DNA from: Scenedesmus sp. PABB004
Lineage: Eukaryota
Reading direction: 5' to 3'
DNA length: 64,000 bases
Assembly (NCBI GenBank): GCA_014905635.1
Contig: JABVCE010000024.1
Location: 372,001 to 436,000, forward strand
Part shown: in pieces, positions 59,914 to 64,000 of the stretch
Position numbering within the stretch: position 1 is the stretch's first letter
Layout: the number at the start of each line of letters is the position of its first letter
The notes under the pieces: generated by a model
Databases searched by the model: none
Told to the model about the DNA's origin: nothing
What the model saw: only the letters and a program-made list of their open reading frames with translations
Translations under genes and position numbers: made by a program

Positions 59914-62900
59914 ATGGCCGCCGGCGCGTCGCCGGCGCGCTCGGCGGCGGCGCGGCGCGGCGCGCACGCGCTGCCGCTGCTGCTGCTCGCCGCGGCGGCG
60001 GCGGCGCTGCTGCTGCTCGCGGGCGGCGCCGCGGCGCAGGCCCCCGCCGGCGGCAACTCGAGCACCGCGCCGGGCGACGTGGAGGCGCTGGTCGCGTTCA
60101 TGGCGGCCATCGCGCCGCTCGAGGGCACGGCGCTGTCGCGCTGGGACGTCTACCACGACCCCTGCCTCGGCGCCTGGGAGGGCGTGCTCTGCGCGTGCGC
60201 CGACCTGCCGCGCGCGCTCGCGGCGGGCTGCGACGACGCCGGCGCGGGCGGCGCCGGCGGGCCGCTGCGCGTGCGCGGCCTCGACCTCGGCCCGCTCGCG
60301 ACGGCGGGCGCGGCGCGCCTCGGCGGCTCCATATCGGCCGCGCTGGCCGGCCTGAGCGAGCTGCAGCTGCTGGACCTCTCCGACAACGAACTGCGGTGCG
60401 CGGGCCGGGCGCGCGGGCGCGCGCGGGCGCGCGGCGCGCCCCTGCGCCTGGAACCCGCCGCCGCAACCGCCGCCGCCGCCGCCGCTGCCGCCGTCCTGCA
60501 ACCGCCCCCCAGCGGCGCCGTGCCCGACGCGCTCGGCGGCCTGGCCCAGCTGGAGCTGCTGCTGCTGGAGCGCAACCAGCTGACCGGGGCGCCGCCGGAG
60601 GCCCTCGGCCGCCTGCCGCGGCTGCGCCGCGCGCAGCTGCAGGATAACCGGCTCGCGGGGCCCGTGCCGGAGGCCTGGTGCGCCGGCAACGCGTCGTTTG
60701 ACGTGTCGGGCAACGTCGCGCTCTGCGGTGCGCGGCGGCGGGCGGCGGCGGGCGCGCCGCGCGCGCGCGCGCTTGCACGCGGCTGGCGGCCGCGGCGGCG
60801 CGCCGTCGAGCCTCGAAACGCCCCCCTCCCCCCGGCCCGCAGGCGCGCTGCCGCGGTGCTTCGAGGGCTCCGCTCGCATCGACAGCATCGAGGGCACGTA
60901 CCTGAGCCCCGAGGCCCCCAGCACCACGGGCGCAGTGTGCGATGCGACGGGCCCCGGCTGCGACCCGGACGTCGGCTGCGTGTGAGCGGCCCCGCGGCCA
61001 GCGTCGGCCGCGCCGCGCGCCGGCGCGCGCGCCGGCGCGCGCGCCCGCCCACGGCGCCGCCCGCGGCGCCCGCAGCATCTGGACGCCGGCGTTTTGGAGC
61101 TCGCTGAGCGTGGTGGACTTCAACTTCACCGGCTTCATGGTGCGCGCGCACGCACGGCATGCCGGCGGCGGCAGCACCCCGCGCGGCGCGCCCCGCCGCG
61201 TGGAGGCTGGGCCGCAACGCGCGGGGGCTGGGGCCGCAGCGGACGAGCTGGGCCGCGGGCGCGGCGCGCCGCCGCGCCGCCGAGCCCGCGCCGCGGCTCA
61301 CAGGACTATGAGAGCGGCATCGCCTACTACGAGTGGGGCGTCGGCTCTGCGCCGATGCTGGCCGACGTGGTGCCGCTGTCGCGCGTGGACGCGGAGCGCG
61401 TGCTCAAGGACATCAAGTGGGGCGGCGGCGGCGGCGGCGGCGGCACCAAGAAGATGTTTGTCACGCCCGTGGTGGGAGGCGGCGGCAGCGGCGGCGGCGG
61501 CAGCGGCGGCAGGGGCGGCGGCGGCGGACGGCAGGGGCGGCGGGCGGGGGCCGGCCCCGCCCGCGCGCCGCTATGCAGGGCGGGCAGGCGGCCGCGCGCG
61601 CACCGACCCCGCCCGCCCGCGCGCCGCCGCGCGCCAGGTGCACCGGCTCGCGTCTGTGTCGCTGCTGGAGGGCCAGCCCTACTATGTGACCGTCGTGGCG
61701 CACAACCGCGGCGGCCCGCCGCGCTCCGCCAACAACACGAGCGAGGCGGTGTACGTGGACGTGTCGGGCCCGCTGGCGGCGGCGGTCTACAACACGTGCG
61801 GCGCGGCCGGCGGGGCTGGCGGCGGGCGCCCGGCTGCGGCGGCGGGGCGCCAGGCGCTCGGCGGCAGCCGGCCGAGCCGCGCGCTGCTGTCGCGCGCGCC
61901 GCCGCAGGTACGAGCACGTCCAGGCGTCGACCACGCCCTACGCGACAAGCCTGCAGGCGAGCTGGGACAACTTCACCGACGCTGAGAGCGGCGTCCGCGG
62001 CTACACCGTGCAGTTCTTCCAGCAGGCGAGCCGCCCAGGGGCTTGGGCGCTGCACGCGGGGGAGCGCGCCCGCGGCGGGCGGGCGGGCGGCGCGCACGCG
62101 CTCGGCGGCGCCGCCGCGCGGCGGCGCCGGGCGCGCAGGCGCGGGCGGCGGCCGAGCCGCGCGCCGCCCGCCGCGGCGCGGCAGGTCCGCTCCGGCAGCA
62201 ACAACTCGGTCGAGGTCGTGCCGCTGACGGAGGTGATCAACGTGAAGCTCGCCAACAAGCTCCAGATCCGCATGGACCCGGCGCTGCACGACGGCACGAT
62301 GTACTTTGCGCAGGCGCGTGCGGCGCCCGCGCGCCGCGGCCGGCCGGACAGCGGCGAGCGGCCGTCGCCCACGCGCCGCCGCGCTCGCGCGCCCTGCCGC
62401 CCCGACCAGGTGACGGCCACCAACGAGGCCGGCCTCACCACGGTGGTGCAGGGCCTGCCCATCGCGGTCGACCGCTCGCTGTGAGGCGCCGCGCGGCGCC
62501 GTGGCGCGGGGGCGGCCGCCCCTGCCCCGCTGACGCGCGCAACGCGCGCTCGCCCCGCTCACGCGTGCCCGCCGCCGCCGCAGCGAGGGCGCTGTGCCGG
62601 CGGGCAGGACCGCGCTGATCGTGGTGCTCTGCAGCGTGGGCTGCCTCGCCATCGGCGCGCTGCTCTCGGTGCTCGCGATGCGCGGCGCGGTGCACCAGCA
62701 GAAGCAGCGCGAGAAGGAGCGCCAGCAGGTGGGCGCCGCCGCCTGGCCTCCGCGCCTCGCGCGCCCGCCGCCGCCGGGCGCCGTCGGCCGCTGAGCCCCT
62801 GCTGCGCCCCGCGTGCTGCCCCGCGTGCTGCGCCCCGCGGTGCGTTACGCCGCGCCCTGCAGGAGGCGAAGCAGCTCAAGGCCCTGATGTACGCCCTCGT

Positions 62901-64000
62901 CTCGCACAGCGACGGCGGCCCCGGCGGCCCCGGCGGCAGCGTCGTCGCGCCGCCCGGCGCCGCGCGGCTCGACGCGAGCAGCAAGGAGGTCGCGTTTGTC
63001 TTCACCGACATAGAGAGCTCGACCGAGCTCAGCAACCAGGACCCCGAGGCGTTCAAGCAGGCACGCGCCTAGGCGGCGGCGGCGCGGCGGCGGCGGCAGC
63101 TTGTGGCGGCGGCGGTGGCGCGGCAGCCGCGCAGGGGGTGGCCGCGCGGCCGCCGCCGCCCCGCCGACCCGCCCCGCCGACGCGCCCCCGCCCGCGCTCG
63201 CGCGCAGCTGCAGGAGGTGCACGACCAGATCATGCGCGAGGGCATCGCGAAGCACCACGGCTACGAGATCATCACCGAGGGCGACTCGTTCCAGGCGCGC
63301 GCCGCGCCCGGGTCCTGCGCCGCGCCCCTGTCGCGCGCGGGCAGTGCCCCTGGCGCCGCCCCCCCCCCCCCCCGCGCGCGCGCGCGGCCGGCGGTGGGGC
63401 GCGCGCCGACGCCGGCCGGCGCTGCGCGCCGCGGCCGCGCGCCAGGTCGCGTTTGCGAGCTGCCAGTCGGCGCTGGCCTTCTGCATGGAGACGCAGTATC
63501 GACTGCTGGAGCAGACCTGGTCCAAGGACGTGCTGCGCCTCAACGCCTGCAAGGCCATCCGAGGTGCGCGGCGCGGTGCAGCGGCGGCAGGCGCCGGCGC
63601 GCGCGCTCCCGGCCGCCCGGCGGGGCGCGGCGCACCGGCCGACCGCGCCGCGCCGCCTCGACGCGCGTCGCCGCAGGCCCCGACGGCGACGTGCTGTTTG
63701 CGGGGCCGCGCGTGCGCATGGGCATCCACTGGGCGCGCGAGGGCACGGTCGCGGTGCGGCTGCACAACCTCACGCGCCACAGGGTCTACGCGGGGCCGGC
63801 GGTGCAGATCGCGCTGGACGTGAGCGAGGCGGCCAACGGCGGCCAGATCGTGCTCACCGAGGTGCGCCGCGCGTCCACACCCGACCGCGCCAACGCCTGC
63901 CCGCGCCGGGGCTGCCGCCGCCCCTGGCCGGGGCTGCCGCCGCCCACACGCCGGACCCGCGCCGCCCGCCCGCGCTCGCTGCCCCGGCCCCGCCAGGACG
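59914..64000 (+). CDS. Receptor-type class III nucleotide (adenylate/guanylate) cyclase: signal peptide, LRRNT + LRRs, Fn3-like repeats, TM helix, cyclase domain; 3' end outside window
   Basis: LRR cap DVEALVAF...W...DPCLGAWEGVLC. Plant-type LRRs LSELQLLDLSDNELSGAVP and LELLLLERNQLTGAPP. Fn3-like DYESGIAYYEWGVGS, YYVTVVAHN and SWDNFTDAESGVRGYTV. TM ALIVVLCSVGCLAIGALLSVLA. Cyclase FVFTDIESST...GYEIITEGDSFQVAF...GPRVRMGIHW...ANGGQIVLT. Confidence 0.9.

Overview
Very GC-rich, intron-dense eukaryotic nuclear DNA. The TGTAA poly(A) signals, gene families and intron style point to a chlorophyte green alga, probably Sphaeropleales-like (inference). Most ORFs in the supplied track are antisense or frame artefacts, so genes were reconstructed by hand from exons and the boundaries are approximate. 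Left to right: a Ser/Pro-rich + Cys-module + 7-blade RCC1 protein (minus, runs off the left edge); plastid-type UPRT; a C-terminal J-domain protein; five minus-strand genes (strictosidine-synthase-like/APMAP, CCCH-ANGEL/CCR4-like phosphoesterase, intronless SDR, TM-less KCS/FAE1-like condensing enzyme, DFR/CCR-like reductase); an alpha/beta hydrolase; a synaptotagmin-like SMP-C2 protein; a Q-rich bZIP-like factor; a HECT E3 ligase; a ~7 kb tandem duplication carrying two secreted TNFR/GCC2-like + Ser/Pro + Cys-module + RCC1 genes, a HECT remnant and a truncated RCC1 cassette; a CUB-TM-RING-H2 E3 ligase; and, head-to-head with it, an LRR-Fn3-TM-class III nucleotide cyclase receptor that runs off the right edge. 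The most notable signals are: (1) a diversifying family of extracellular RCC1 propeller proteins whose blades appear to be shuffled at DNA level, with a silent cassette; (2) the receptor cyclase / membrane RING pair; (3) a candidate lipid or wall-polymer gene cluster; (4) an unusually high number of GC-AG introns, plus telomere-like tracts inside introns.
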